From the NCBI GenBank assembly GCA_964247055.1, contig OZ176053.1:9424001-9488000 (forward strand): a stretch of DNA of 64,000 nt, given 5' to 3'. Each line of letters starts with the position of its first letter. Position 1 is the stretch's first letter. A model generated the notes under the pieces. That model worked only from the letters and a program-made list of their open reading frames with translations, made no database searches and had not been told where the DNA came from. Positions 17,569 through 31,885 of this stretch are shown here, piece by piece. Made by a program: the position numbers and the translations under genes. The DNA comes from Paragordius varius (Eukaryota > Animalia > Nematomorpha).

Positions 17569-19856
17569 AACTTGCCTATTTTTCATTTCATGACTCAAAA
17601 AAGATAGGCTATATTGGAGAAAATTAAGGCTTAAAAAATATTCTGACATTTTATGTTTTGTCTATCTATTCAATTTTTAATGAAATTAAGTGTATTACAT
17701 TCATAACTATTCCTTATTTTACCAACACAATGACAGCCTATATAATTAAGATTTAAACAAAGATGACCAAAACGCTTATTTGTGGTACGCAAAATGCTCT
17801 AAAAATGTAAAAAAATTGGATTTCAATTAAAAAGATTATTTAAAAGATATATCATTCAAAATTGGGCTCAAATTAAATAAAAAAAACCAAAAATTACCTA
17901 AGCAGCCGCGCAGATATTTGTGGGGACCACTGGTTTAATTGATATAAGTTTTTTACTATCTATGATTTGTACACCTTTATAATTTCAATCTTTATTGTAA
18001 AACAAGGCAACAAACTCTTCAGACGTGTTCGTTTTCATGTTAAGCAGTAAGGCGGGTGGATGTGGCCTTAACCTGATTGGTGCTAACCGTTTAATCATGT
18101 TTGATCCGGATTGGAATCCTGCCAATGATTCTCAGGCTATGGCTCGCGTTTGGCGAGACGGTCAAGCTAGTTCTCATTGTTTTTTGTACCGATTTTTAGC
18201 GGTAATATATATATATATTTGTTGAATTGAATTGAAAAAAATAATTTTTTTTAGCATATTAAGACATAATTATAAAAGTGTTTTCTTTTGTTGAAAAAAT
18301 ATGGCACACGATTAGAATGTTTATGATTTACAATGAGTAATTTACGCCAAACTATCTAAATACATCTGAATTTCATTTTCTACCGTTTTTTAGCTATATT
18401 ACATATATTATATAAGACCATTTAGTAACAATCATACAATCTAACAAAAACTCGAAATGTAATAACTTTCACTGTTATATGAAACCATAATAACTATTTA
18501 ACCGACTTTTTTTTCCAATATGTATAGACTGGTTCAATTGAAGAAAAAATTTTTCAACGACAATCACATAAAAAATCGCTTAGCGACAGTGTTATAGATT
18601 CAGCCACCACTGCAAACAAGCAAGACCCAAAATCCCTTAATATTGATGGTAAAATTTTGGCTGGCTAAAATGTGTTTGCCTAAAATATTTTGGCGCACTA
18701 TAACATTCCATAGTTAAATAAGGGTAAACGTAATAACGTACACCTAAATGAATAAATTGAAAAAAAAGAATAAGCTTGCTTATATTATTTAAACACATTA
18801 CTAAGATTTTATAAATATAAGTTAAAACTATATATACAACCATACCTTTTTTATCTAAAACTAAACAGAAAATAATTATAAATAAAACACATATGATCTA
18901 TTATATCTCTCTTCGATGCATTAAAATAAGTAATATTTTCGATTTTTCCATAGAATCCTCATATAACCATCATTTTTCACGTGATGAATTACGTGAATTA
19001 TTTACGTTTTCACCTGATCCCAATTTATTGAGTGATACGCATGAAAAACTTAAATGTAAACGGTGCCAGATAATACAGTTACCTCATAATATTAATAAGG
19101 CGATACCGGACAAAATCGATAACTTGGATAACCCTGAAAATTCATTAACATTAAAGGCTAATGCCCCAGAAATTAAAAAAATATTGGTGACTCAATTAAA
19201 ACCGCCTCCACCTAACGCTGATTGTAGCAGTCCCATTCTTGATTGGTATGTCATTTTTGTATTTTATTGTATTAATGTGAGGTACAATATTTATTTTTGT
19301 ATTTAATGGTTTTGGTACAATATATGTATTATAGAAAATCAGAGTATTATGTGTCATATTGAGTCCAAATTAAAAAAAATCGCAAAAAAGAGAAATATAA
19401 TGACTTATTTTAAATAATTGTATACATATACATATATATATGTATATATATATATATTATATATTAAAATGCTCATATTAAAACAACAAATTTTTTTTTT
19501 CAATATTCTTAGAATGTTTATATTGCAAAATTTATTCCATCAATTTTTAAATTTACAATTACTATCAATATATTTATATATATATATATAATTTATCTAA
19601 TTTTAGGTTTCACGCCGCAGATCGTAAAAGCCTCCAGCCATGCAAAGATGTCTGTTTTGTTTCTGCGGCCTTTGGGGTTTTTGATAATAACTGTCTCAGC
19701 AGTGATGACAATTTCGATGTCAACTTAGATGTTAAAAGATTGGTTACGTTTGTGTTTTATCAATTTTCTCAATCCGATGGATCAACCAATACTGCTGCAA
19801 TAAAAAATGACGAATATTTAAAAGAAAAAGACCTACAACATGAAGAAGATATTTAA
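11074..19856 (+). CDS. RAD54: DNA repair and recombination protein RAD54 (SWI2/SNF2 ATPase), 20 exons, about 1076 aa
   Basis: Exons: 11074-11076, 11103-11159, 11182-11377, 11442-11577, 11728-11925, 12260-12443, 13180-13299, 13683-13893, 14166-14273, 14364-14513, 15136-15315, 15565-15717, 16140-16253, 16357-16480, 16838-17060, 17274-17489, 18007-18201, 18528-18648, 18954-19245, 19607-19856. Motifs: [13 protein letters not shown]-terminus, [112 protein letters not shown]-terminal CKRC Zn-like motif. Confidence 0.96.
11077..11102 (+). other. 26-nt micro-intron (RAD54 intron 1, directly after the ATG)
   Basis: gtaaattttttaataattaattttag. Joins ATG to AAA AGA AGT CAC GCT CCT (M-KRSHAPS, matching the RAD54 MRRSLAPS motif); there is no other in-frame ATG upstream of this motif. 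Confidence 0.9.
11160..11181 (+). other. 22-nt micro-intron (RAD54 intron 2)
   Basis: gtaaattaccttttatttttag. Needed to join the KRSHAPS exon in frame to the KSPLTNVTN...QKPFQIP exon; retention frameshifts to a TAA, and the downstream frame has TAA/TAG inside this interval. Confidence 0.88.
12760..12990. mobile_element. Small inverted-repeat element, second copy at ~24010-24250
   Basis: cacccttgaa...ttcaattaccc at the left and gggtaaatttgaa...caggggtg at the right. The block gttatattagccc-aaaacac-...agggt is shared with ~24165-24205. Confidence 0.45.
14063..14090. repeat. (TA)n microsatellite in a RAD54 intron
   Basis: Pure TA run. Confidence 0.9.
17525..17566. repeat. (TA)n microsatellite in a RAD54 intron
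   Basis: Pure TA run; source of the YIYIYI tail in ORF 17361-17627. Confidence 0.9.
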
Positions 19857-22559
19857 CATACTCAATCTTTATTAATTTATATAAATCGCAATAAATATAG
19901 GTTATATGTTATTTGTTATAACCATATATTTTTAAATTTGCCAAGGATTGAATTTTATATTTATTATATCTTAGACTAACTGTTTAAAATCCATATTTCC
20001 TACTTTTTTTATATTAAATTAAAACTTGTTCGCAATTTTTCACACTAGTTGTTGAGCCAGAGTTGACACTTGGGGTTTATATTTGCACTAAACTGAGGAT
20101 AAAATTATAATTGCGGTAAATAAATAATTTTATTAAGAATTCAATACTCTGATAATTTTGTGTCGCCTAACTATGCGTTTCCGTGGCAAACGATACTAAT
20201 AACGGCGAAATTGAAACCGTTTTTGTCGGTTAGTTATTTCCTGCTCCACATAACCGGTTTCGCACCAATAGTTTTATTAAATGAATAAATTTGTTCAATA
20301 TATGTGTATTTATATATGCTCAATTTTTTAAAGATTATATCTTACCATTAATTATGCAAAATAAACGACATTCTATAACAACATTAAATTTCACAACGCA
20401 AATTAAACTTAATATGTGCAAAATAGAGTTTTACCAAAAAACGGCTATTTAAGAACATCTCTTAATAATAATTTATGCTTTAATTTGGCTAAATAACTTA
20501 ACCCAATGGATTTTGGGGTAAAAAAGTTGGTGAAATGTTTTAAGCCATTTTGTTTGTTTCCACAAAGCGGAGCCGAACCGGCCAATTTAAGCAATTCGAC
20601 TTTATATAGCGCAAAAATATTTTATATCAAATTAAAATTAAAATAGATGGCTACTTCTCTGCAAGATTACGTCAAAGCTATTTTTATACCAATTTCTATA
20701 TCTGAGTAAAATAATATCAGGGTTTATGTAAAAATGGCTTAAATTAAAATATTGTTTTCTTGCATTTTTGATAAACTTTCTAAAATGATTTTCAGTTGGG
20801 CCTATTCTATTGTAATTTTAATTTACACAACAGTTACAATAGCTATTATTAACCTTCGATATTTCAATTGGTTAAAGGGGGATCGGTTTAATTTATGTGG
20901 TTGTGGCCATGTATTAGACATATTAATTATTACATTAAAATTGTTGCCCACATCTTATTTTATTGGGAACAAGCGCCACTGTATTTTTCTCCTCAATATT
21001 AATTAATATATAACAAATAAAAATGAAAAATCAACATAATAATAAACATATAAAATAAATACTCCCAATCAAAAAACGGAAATGTTCCTATCTAAACATA
21101 TTATGTCCATTTGAATAAAAGTTGCCAAGATCTTATCCATAAATTAAAATTCATAATGATTTTAAAACTCATTCTATGTGTAGAATAAGGCTGATACTCC
21201 ATCTCAAATTGATTCTAATACGAATTTTTTTATCTAAGAACCAATGGTTTAATAGAATAAAATGCTCATAGTTTTATATAAAATGTGGATCGAATTTCGT
21301 TATTGCAGTTAATTGTCCTCTTGAAAGAAAAAATTGAATAATTAAATGCTTCATTGAATCAGCAATGAATAAATTTTAACTTAATTTGTCTATCCTGTTT
21401 CTAAAATATACTATAATAATCCTTACAATCCAATTTTTTTCTGGATCTAAACGCCCACAACTGATAAATTCATTAAAATTTTAATTCAGGATTCCTTATA
21501 TTTATTCTAACGGAGACAAAATAACAATTAAAGGATATATTTTAGTATATTATTATCGACCTAAATATATATAGCTTCGTATTTAAACAAAAGTTATCTA
21601 GATAATATGAAATCAAAGTATTTATGTATTTCCTATTGTTTTTATTCATATAATTTAGTTATAACTATGATAACTATTCACTTCCTATTTAGTTTATTAT
21701 ACACTATTCCTACAAATTAATTTAACAATAGGTAAAAATTTAACAAATTTCTCCAAAATGTTTTTTAAGCAAATTTAAAATTAAGATACCAGTTAGGTAG
21801 AGAAAGTGAAAACAGAATATTTTAACGAAATTAAATAAAATTTATTAACAACATTTACTTTTTCGATTAGTAACAATTGTTTGATACTCGATTAATTTAT
21901 TTTCATAATTTTAGTTATAATTATATATGACGTTCATCAATGGATTAACAATGGGCTAATCATATAAACACAACATATATAGCCGAATAAAAAATTATAT
22001 TTTTCTACGTATGCATGTATTACCTTCAATTTAAACATCGTTTCCCATCTAATTCGGAAATCCGATTAACAATTCATCCCATTGCTAGATGTTAATGAAA
22101 AAAAATGCATTTTAATTTAAGTTACCACACTTAAAAATATTTATATTATTTGATGATGTTTCCATTGTTTTAACTGTCAAGGTGTGTCTACGTCGTTTAA
22201 TACAACCATGTATGTAAGAATGGAGACAAATATATATCTATTATCTTCGGAATGATCCAATTTCAATGATAAATACGTTATTTAACCAAAAAAATGCTGA
22301 ATAAAAAAGATTATCAAAAATTAATTTGTTTAACTATACAAAATTGCTACCTACATACATAGATACATACAATACAATTTAAAACGCCCAATACAATAAT
22401 TTGAGTTTTTAATTAATGTAGAACAATGTATATAAATGTGTATGATAAAATCTCAGAAATGTCATAATCGACAAAACATTTTCTGTGTTTGCAAAAATAT
22501 TTTATGAAATAAATAAACAAATAACCAAATTGATTATCCCTACCCAAAGACTCCTCTAT

Positions 22560-25500
22560 ATGAAATATAAAAAATACATATCTGGAGAACATGCTTCCAA
22601 TTACTTTACTACACCAAGGTCCAATAAGAGAACCTTACCTATCTCAATAACATCTACAATAATTGTAATATTAATATCAATATACTTTTGTAGCCATCCG
22701 AGCTTGGTGAGGGCTCAATTCGATGATGGTACGTACAATTTAATCTTAACAATTTATAATTACTGTAACCTCGTTTGACTGTAAGGTCACTGTAAATCAC
22801 TTCGGGCTTGATTTAAAAATATATGTGAATATTTCCGAAATTTCTAAAAATTTTAAAAAGAGACAAAATAAATAATTGTTTTAATGAGGTCATTGCCGCA
22901 ATCTGACCTTTTCCGGTGCAAAAATATGGTTAAATTGAATAATATAAGTAATTCAAAACCAATAAGGTCCCTATTTAAATAAACTCAAGTTTTTAAAGAA
23001 TATAGAGCCTAAAAATATTGTATTCCTATAGAGTTTTGGTTGTTATGATCAAATATAATCATTTCGGTATTAATTTATATTTGCCAAGAAAACATTTCAT
23101 TAAATAGTACTATATACACCTTTTTTCGCGAGCAGAAAGTGAATCATTTGACCAATTCGGTGAAGATTTGCCCCAACGTTATAATCCGTTTGAGGGACCA
23201 CCTGGACCTCCATCTGATTCCGATGATTCCGATGGACCTCCTGTTGTTTCTGAGGGCAGGGGAGGCCCGCAAGAATACGATTCAGATGAGGGGCCACATC
23301 GCTCAGAACGTGACGAAAACAGTGATAATGGCGACAGTGATCAAGGCCCTGTAAACCATGATGAAAGTCATTACCGAGAACCGAACAGATCTGGTCACAC
23401 CGATACGGATGACACAGATAAAAACAAAAACACTGAACCCGATTCCAATCAAAATGAACAGAGCAATGATGGTATCTTGCGTTTTTTAGTTATTTTATTA
23501 CTAAAGACAAATAACGAAAATTACGATGCAATAAGCATAGGATTGTTGTATAATTAAATAGGCATTTTAAAACTTCCTAAAATGATTTAAATTTTTGGTC
23601 ATCCCATATATTTATGTATATTAGAAGTTCATCCCATCATAAAATAATATGTACGCACTTATTATTAAACTATAATTTATATGACATATATGAATTTGTT
23701 ATAAAATATTTAATATGATTCATATGTTTGCATACAAACGATAATGTTTTGATATAGCCACATGTAAAAATAATTAATTATTGCGCTATGGCGTAAAATT
23801 AATTTTCTAATATAAGTGAGATTCTTCCTAACAATAATAGGTTTAATTAAGCCAAAAATAAGTCAATTATTCAAATACACCCCCCATTATTTTTAGAGTC
23901 CTTTACGCTCTTCGAGAAATGATAAAAACTCTCTAATTAATCATTCTTTCGGATATGCACTTTAGTTGGATATGTAATAATTAATTGTGACGACCATAGA
24001 ATCACCATATTCAATAAACACCTCGAATTCAATTCACCCTAAAATTAACTGAGTGTTTTCTAACATTTAAAACTACCTATATTTTTTTATATTTTTAAAA
24101 AATGATTCGTTTAATATTATCATAATACTGAAAAAATCATAGACTATGCCATGAATATAAATGAGTTATATTAGCCCGAAAACACAAATATTATTTTTAG
24201 GGTGATTTTGAATTGTTCAAGGGTAAATTATAATTGTTCGAGGGTGAATATGATGTGTAAATGGTATGGTATCATTTTATTGATCATAAATTTTTCGAAA
24301 CAGCTTAAGCCTGATATATTAGTTTGATTTTTCATTGAAACCACAAATTAACCCATACTTATTTTGCAAGAAATTATAATTTGTATGTACATTAGCCAAC
24401 CAGAATGATTCCAGTCCACAACGCTCTGCCGGGGTCCAAGAAGGCCGTTCAGGCGATGGAAATAGTACGGAAGAAGACGCCGATGAAGCTTTTGATGAGG
24501 CTGGACGCCTTGGAGTCGATGACTTTCCACCCCCACCTCAAGGACAGCAAGATGAAGGGAATCAGGATGAAGAACAAACGGAAGACAACGGACCGTAAGA
24601 TTTTTTCAAAAAAAATTACTAATTCTATATTTTACCTATTAAAAATGTTTTTAATGGTAACGATATGTTTTAATCTAAATAAAGCATATTTGGGTGTAAT
24701 GGTTCATTTCTACAAATAAATATGTTATAATTTGGGGGATAATCCATAATAATAATTAGATTCAAAGAGAATTGCTATATATCTGTTTTTGTAAACGATA
24801 ACATTGAACTTATAAAACACTTGTAATCCCTGATATATATCTTTATTTTACTTCTTATAAACAGTTAGGAATTTACGAAAAACCCTTGTATTATTTTTTA
24901 TTAAGAAACAATATGATAGGTGTAAAAGTCTTGAAACTATTAACCAATCCCAAGAAAGCCTTTAAGATAAAAGTGCATAAAGGTTGAACCCTTGCTGGTT
25001 ATCAGCACAGTAGGCAGTTTTGCTTTATTGAAGGTCGTAATTATCAATATAAATTTTTAACAAAAATTTTTTAAATCAATTTATATAGTGTAGATGGTCC
25101 GGGCGCTCACCCCCCATCTTATGATGAAAATGAAAGAAATTCCAGCAATGAAGAAGGCGTCGAACCAGATGGGCCACCTCCAGAAGAAACGGAAAATCAA
25201 GAAGGACCTGAAAGATCTGATTCGGAACAAGAGGAGGAGCAATCACCTCATAGCCATCCCTCTGAAAGTATGAATATTCCATAAACTCTTATTTATCAAA
25301 AGTAATATGTAATAAGAGAAAAAATATTTTGTTGTTATTATAACACACCGAATCGACAATGCTTTCATGTTGTGGTTGTTTGTAATGAAAATCAGGACGA
25401 GCTAAATTAGCTGTAGTAGAAAAAATAGGCCAGGTAGCCTGTATTCATGATATTAAATGCGTCTCCAAAATTACACCCCGGGTTTATAGTTTTTAACCCG

Positions 25501-28500
25501 TCCAATATTCACAAAACTAATATTTAACAACTCTGTTAATTACACTGTTCAACAAGGTTTTGCACCACCCCATTATTTTTGCATTTTCTGATACCTAATG
25601 GCATGGAAAGGCCAAAACAAAAAAGAAAATTGAGGCCACCAATAGGATTTTTCCGAAATTTATTTAAATTTGTATTTAATTTAAAAATAACAATCATTCC
25701 TCGTGGATATATGTTTAAATATTCAAACGAACAAGTCGATACAAGTAATATTCCATGCATGAATAACAAAATTCTAGGCATTAAATAAGATACTAAACAA
25801 GCTAAGAGCCAAAGTATTAAAAATCTAAAAGGGGTTTATGTATAGTGTGATAGATCCGGGCGGCTGCACAAGCTCTGCATAACCCCCAAGCGATCCAATT
25901 ATGCCAGATATGGCAAAGATAACAATAAGTAATCGTAAAGCGATAAGAGAGACTTGCAAGGAAAATCCAGGCAAATTGACATGTCAAATTAACCAATTCA
26001 CAGAATAAAGTTAGATAAATTCTACAATTAAATTGAATAAAAAGATTAGGTAAATACAAATGGTCCAATCCCAAGTAAATTCTACTAAAAGTGGCTACAC
26101 AACATCCATCTGAAATTAAAAATACAAAACAACCAATAATTTTAAAAAATAAAGTATATCCATTAGGTATAAATAAAGGATTTTTTGTAAGAACCAACTC
26201 AAGAAAAAAAGCCTAATAAGTACTCGAAAGAACGAAAACTAACAAAAAAAATATAGTCTATCTAAAAGCCGAAGGTTTAAACCATAGAATGCCTTTTTTA
26301 GTATTTTTTTAAAAATTTTTTATACGTATTAAAAATTCACTTGAAAGAAAAAGACTAAATTTTGACGTTTAAGTCCGTACTATTTTTTTCTATCTGATAT
26401 TTAAATGACATATTTATATTCAAAAGATAGAGTTTAAAACGCTTTAATAAATGATATTAAGTTTATAATATAATAACATTTTATTATAAAGTTATATTTA
26501 ATTTTCTCTCGATTTTCTCTTGTTTTTGAAAAATTGAAAAACCTAAAATATTTCAAAATTCTGATTGGCGGGATCAAAAATTTTTTCACATTTGGTTTTA
26601 AAACACTGAAATTAGTCATAATATAAAAGTTTGAGTGGTGGTGCTCAAAAATGTCCAAATTTGTCGACTAGTGTTATGCATTATATATATGACAGCTTTT
26701 TAATCGGTTTTTAACAATTAAATATTTATTAGTTTCGCATAATAAACGGCTAAACGGTTTTTTACTGATTTTGTGGGTTAAAATAAAGTCGCACAATATT
26801 CTATTGGTTATAAACTTATTTTATTAAAATGCCACATAACTGCTACTATTTGATAAATGAAAAAATGATTAAAATTTGATCTAATAACATATGTTAAAGC
26901 TGTTTACCCCAGTTTTAAATTATTATTCCTATCATCACAACAAATTAAAATAATATTCTCAATAAATATATAACAGACTCAAGTATACATTAATCATTTA
27001 AAGTTTGTTAACGGCTTACATGGTTATGATATCGCTTTAAGTTTTGATATAATAGCCAGTATAGGTAGAAAGGTTTAAAGGTTAATTTCATGTAGAGCGT
27101 TTGAGCATTGTTCCGCACCTAAAAAATCATGACGTAAATTAACTCTTTATATTTTAGTATATATTTCCTTATATGGTAAAATCGTGAGCCAATATATAAT
27201 GTTAAAAAAAATTGTCTACAAAATTACTGAATTAAAGATGAAGCTCCTGGTTCAGATAATGAAGAAAGAAATAATCCTAATGATTATCCTTATCCCTCAA
27301 AGCCAGAAACATCTTCTGGAAATGATGAATCTTATCCCGCTCCAGACGATCAAAGAGAAACTGAAGAAAGACCACCGACACCCAGGCATTATCACAGTCA
27401 CGATGATAGAGATGATAGACCCTCCTATAGAGACCATAGACGATACAGGTAAAATTTTTTGTATTTTGGGTAATAGAATGTTTTGCAGTACAATTGTTTA
27501 AAATAAATAAGTATTATCTTAAAATTTTACTCCTATTCATAAAGAAGCGGAAGGGGACAGGGACTAATTTATATTTATTAATTGAATATAATAATGGATT
27601 CATTAACGGTTAATTGTGCTTAATTATATTGATTTTAGCTTTGGTTATAATTAATCCGACGTCTGCACATTCTAATATAAACAGTTATTAATGTAAATGT
27701 CTTCAAAACTGCCCACATAAACTAGTTATTGTGGACATGTTCTATATCAAATAGGTAAAAATGAAATTAACCTATAAAGGTCCAACTGAATACAAATAAA
27801 CATCTTCGAACCGGAACCCGTTTCCTAAAATTTTAATGGAAACCGCTTGTGTGGTGGGTTTAAGCCTACCTGGTATAAATAGAAAAAGTGATGGCAAATA
27901 AAACACTAGGTTTATTTTCATAAGATTCCCTAACATATATTTTTATTTGTAGGTTCAAATTTTAGGTTATTAAATCTGAATAATCGTACCTAAATATAAC
28001 CCTAAAAATACATATTTTATTATATCTAAAATCGGTTTGATTCAATTATAGCCTAATGATTGCTATTGTTCTAAGTGATTTTTTGTTATCCCGTTTTAAT
28101 AATTTAATTAGCACTTATAAAAAAAATCTAGTAACAACCCGGGTCTAATGGCAACATACAGTATATATAAACATTTCTATCAATTTTCCTTTTTGATTCT
28201 CACATATTTATGAAAATTAGCATTTTCAACAAGTGATGGATTAACTCCCGACATTTTTTTACTAATTATTCGAAAACGATTCTTGTTCTATGTTACAAAT
28301 TTCTTTTTATATGGACTTTGTTTCCAGTATCCCCTCTTTCTCGTTTACTCGTCGTACTCTTTATATACACATATATAGGTTAAGTATTAATTCATAGATC
28401 ATTAGAATATCTTAAGTTTGTAGTAGCAAAAGCTAATTTTACCAAAATGTTTGATTGCATCCACATTCCATTTAGGCCAGAACTAAAACCACGACATAGA

Positions 28501-31500
28501 TTTGACGGAGAACCCCAGGAAGATAATAGCAACAGTTGTTCCTCCTCCCCATCAAACAGCAAGGAGGATTCTGATACAGAACAAAATGGTGGTGGTGCTA
28601 CTCATCGACCAAAAGGTGCCGCTCAACGAAACTATGACGATCACGAGGAACCAGAGCCAGAAAAAGAAGCACCAAGCGATAGAAGATATTATAATAGGGA
28701 ACAAGACGAAGCCCCTCATCACCATCATCATCATCCGTACAGAACAAGAGCAAAATACAATCGCCATCGCCCAGACCCTTATGAGAGAGATGGCGATTCA
28801 CATCATCGGTAAAAATAAAACCATAAAATTTCTTCCTATACAATGGCCACATTATTGGTCAATTTATTTATTTGGGCCAATTGGCAAAACAGTAGCGTAT
28901 GGGTAAAAAACAACAAATGGTTTAAATTACAATGTTTTTTGCTAGCTTACAACATTAAATTATATTTAATAATGGACAAATTTGTATTATATATAATACG
29001 CTACCGTATTTTCAATTGAATAAGTGAATATATCAACATATGTTAACACTGTAATTATTGTTTTATAATTATATTTTTATTTTCTAGTAACTCTCCATCA
29101 CGGAGCTATGGCAATAGAGATTCGCCAGATTACAGGGAAAATGAAAACAATTACAACAATAATAACAATATAGACCGAGAGAACAAACATCACAGAAACG
29201 AGCCCAATCATTCAAATCGGGACCATCATGATGAACGGAATAATAGCGATCACAACGATAATGATGAAGGTCAAGACGGGGGCTATTACACACAAAGAGG
29301 AAGATATGAGTCTGAACCCCAATTATCTCCGTTTATACCGAGACAGTCAGACACTTCAGATAATTACCCAAACAGAAATGAACAGAAAGAGCAATATCCT
29401 TTACCCTTCCCACAAAACTCTCCAGTAAAAAATGAGGACACCGTTTTAGACTACTATGATTGCGGTAATCCCAAGAATATTGATCATCAAACTGATAGTT
29501 GTGTGGGACATGCTTCTCAGTACAAATTAAGCAAATCAAACGGGTTCCGGGCCCGGACTCCTGCTCGGAGATTTGAGAATATTATACATGGAACAACGGC
29601 CCAACCTCATACTTGGCCATGGCAGGTTATATTATCAATATTTAACTAAAATCATAAGATTAATTATTTTGTTTTCAAATTTTATCAATATTTCTTAAAA
29701 TGTATGAGTGAAATAATTTTTATTTTTTGTTTAACTGCTTTATTATATTATGGACTTTAATTAAATTATCTAGTTAAATTTTGAAATACAACATTATAAA
29801 TTTTTTATAATGAAAAAAATATAAAAATATGCTTCAAGTGTAATTTTTATAGATTGCCCTGCTAAAATATGGACGGCTGAAATGTGGTGGATCCATGATA
29901 AGTCAAAGATGGCTGCTTACAGCCGCTCATTGTGTAGAAAGGTAGGTGTAATTATTTTATCCAAATGATTTATGTATACATAATCGTTAATATAATGTTT
30001 TGAAAACTTTTATGAAAATGCTTGCATCTTAGAATGTTAATATAAAAATTCATCATATAATCTCGTCAATTTAGGCATTTAAAAAAATTCATCTTTTTCT
30101 TGAATTAATCATGTTGAACAATTGTTATAATTCTATTTATAATAGAGGTTACAAGAACGATTTCCGTATACTTGTGGGTAGTCATGATTTATTAGATAGG
30201 AGTGATGGTAGTGAGATTCTTGAAATAGCAAGCATCCATATACATCCTGACTGGAATAGGCGAATACTTAAAGTTTCATTATTTTTTTATACTACGTTTG
30301 ACACATTTAAAATATATACAACTAAATAACAGAATGATATAGCTCTAGTCAAACTTAAAAAACCCGTTAAATTCCAAAAAAACTTGCAGCCAATATGTTT
30401 GCCCGTTAATCATTTTAATGTTGATCCTAACACGCCATGCCATGCTACAGGATGGGGACTGACTGAAAGTTAATACTAAATTTAATAATTACCCATTACC
30501 TTTAAAGTTTGTTATCTAAATCGCTAAATGAAGTCTGAATATGATTTTATTTAAAAATATAACTTCTTTTTCCATATAAAATGTTAAATGTTTAAATACT
30601 TTACCATTTAAACATGCATCCAATAAGTAAATTAATAAACCACCCATAAATTATTATTTCATATTGTTATTCAATAATGTCCTACCATAAAAGATTTAAC
30701 CTCTCAAACAAAAGTGTCTATCCTCCCATCTACTATTTATAGTTACAGCTATGAATTATAAAATATAGAAATTGAATCGACTCATTATAATGGTTTTTTA
30801 GTCAAATTATGCATTAATTAACACATTTTGAAACAGGGTTAGGATACAATACCACAATCAGCGTTATTATGATGTAGGAATTTAAATATTCATTCAAGAT
30901 TTAAATCCATTATATTTTACTTTATCTTTTTACCAATTATATAATAATAAATTATAATATAAGTAAATTATTTTTTAATATTTTATACCACAATATTGTA
31001 CGATATGTTATTAGACGGACGCACCAGAACTTTACAACAAACATGCCTCATAGTTTCAGGAGAAGCAGAATGCTTGAAATATAATCGATATCCAAAAGAA
31101 AGGCATACAGTTTGTTCACAATCTCAGGGAACTAATGTTTGCTTCGTAAGAGGATTATTTATTTTTATACATTTTTAAAAATTGCAATGTTTAGAAAAAA
31201 ACCAATCTAAGCACAAGAAAGATTCACAGTATATGTAAGTGTACTCTGCTAGTTTTTATTATTATTGCCAGATAGCATATTCAATACAGTATGCATTTTT
31301 ATGGTTGCTTATTTCAAACTATTGGGTAATTTGCACAGTAGTCTATGGAAAAAAACAATAAAATATTGAATAAAATAAACAAAGTAATGTAAGAAAGGTA
31401 AAATCATTTATTCAACATTTAGTTGTTTTTTCCATTTGAATATTGCCCAACTATAGTGTGAAATAAGCAACCACATTTTTTACTAAATAAAAATGTGTTT

Positions 31501-31885
31501 CCTGCATATGCTATCTAGGTTTTTTAAAAAACTAGCAATGTATGTTTAGTCATACGTATATACGACATGCTTTTTTGCCGAATTTTCTATATTTTTTTAA
31601 AAGAAATTTCATCTTACTAATTTTCCAATGTTTTTGAAAAATCATATTTAACATACCAAAAATATATCGCTCGTTTTCTCACAAAACTTTGAATTAAAAC
31701 ATTTTTTATTAAAATAATTTTCGTTCAAGGGCGACTCAGGAGGTCCTTTGATGTGTCAAGTCGATGGCCGATGGACTTTGATTGGTATTTCATCTTTTGT
31801 ACATGGGACATGTTATGGGACAAGTTTTTTCACTAAAGTCGCTGCTTATGCAGATTTTATCAAAAATACGCTAAGATCCTATTAA
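22560..31885 (+). CDS. S1 (chymotrypsin-fold) serine protease with signal/anchor and ~640-aa low-complexity N-terminal region, 12 exons, about 867 aa
   Basis: Exons: 22560-22728, 23136-23471, 24396-24594, 25089-25267, 27238-27448, 28476-28808, 29088-29625, 29853-29941, 30146-30272, 30333-30468, 31015-31145, 31730-31885 (2604 nt, phases consistent). Hydrophobic [17 protein letters not shown]; IIHG...WPWQ; CGGSMI; LTAAHC; NDIALVKL; PICLP; ATGWG; [11 protein letters not shown]. Catalytic triad intact. Confidence 0.9.
31299..31473. mobile_element. ~190-bp hairpin MITE, copy 1 (protease intron 11)
   Basis: atggttgcttattt...aaataagcaacca inverted ends; the core aaaatattgaataaaataaacaaagtaatg is shared with 39430-39619. 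Confidence 0.7.

Noticed and set aside
20700-21500. Hydrophobic 84-aa ORF and possible transposase relic on the minus strand
   Set aside because: Stops in all plausible frames and no motif I can defend.
23100-29539. Many overlapping alternative-frame and antisense ORFs over the protease exons
   Set aside because: Expected from GC-richer low-complexity exons; only one frame joins in phase to the protease domain.
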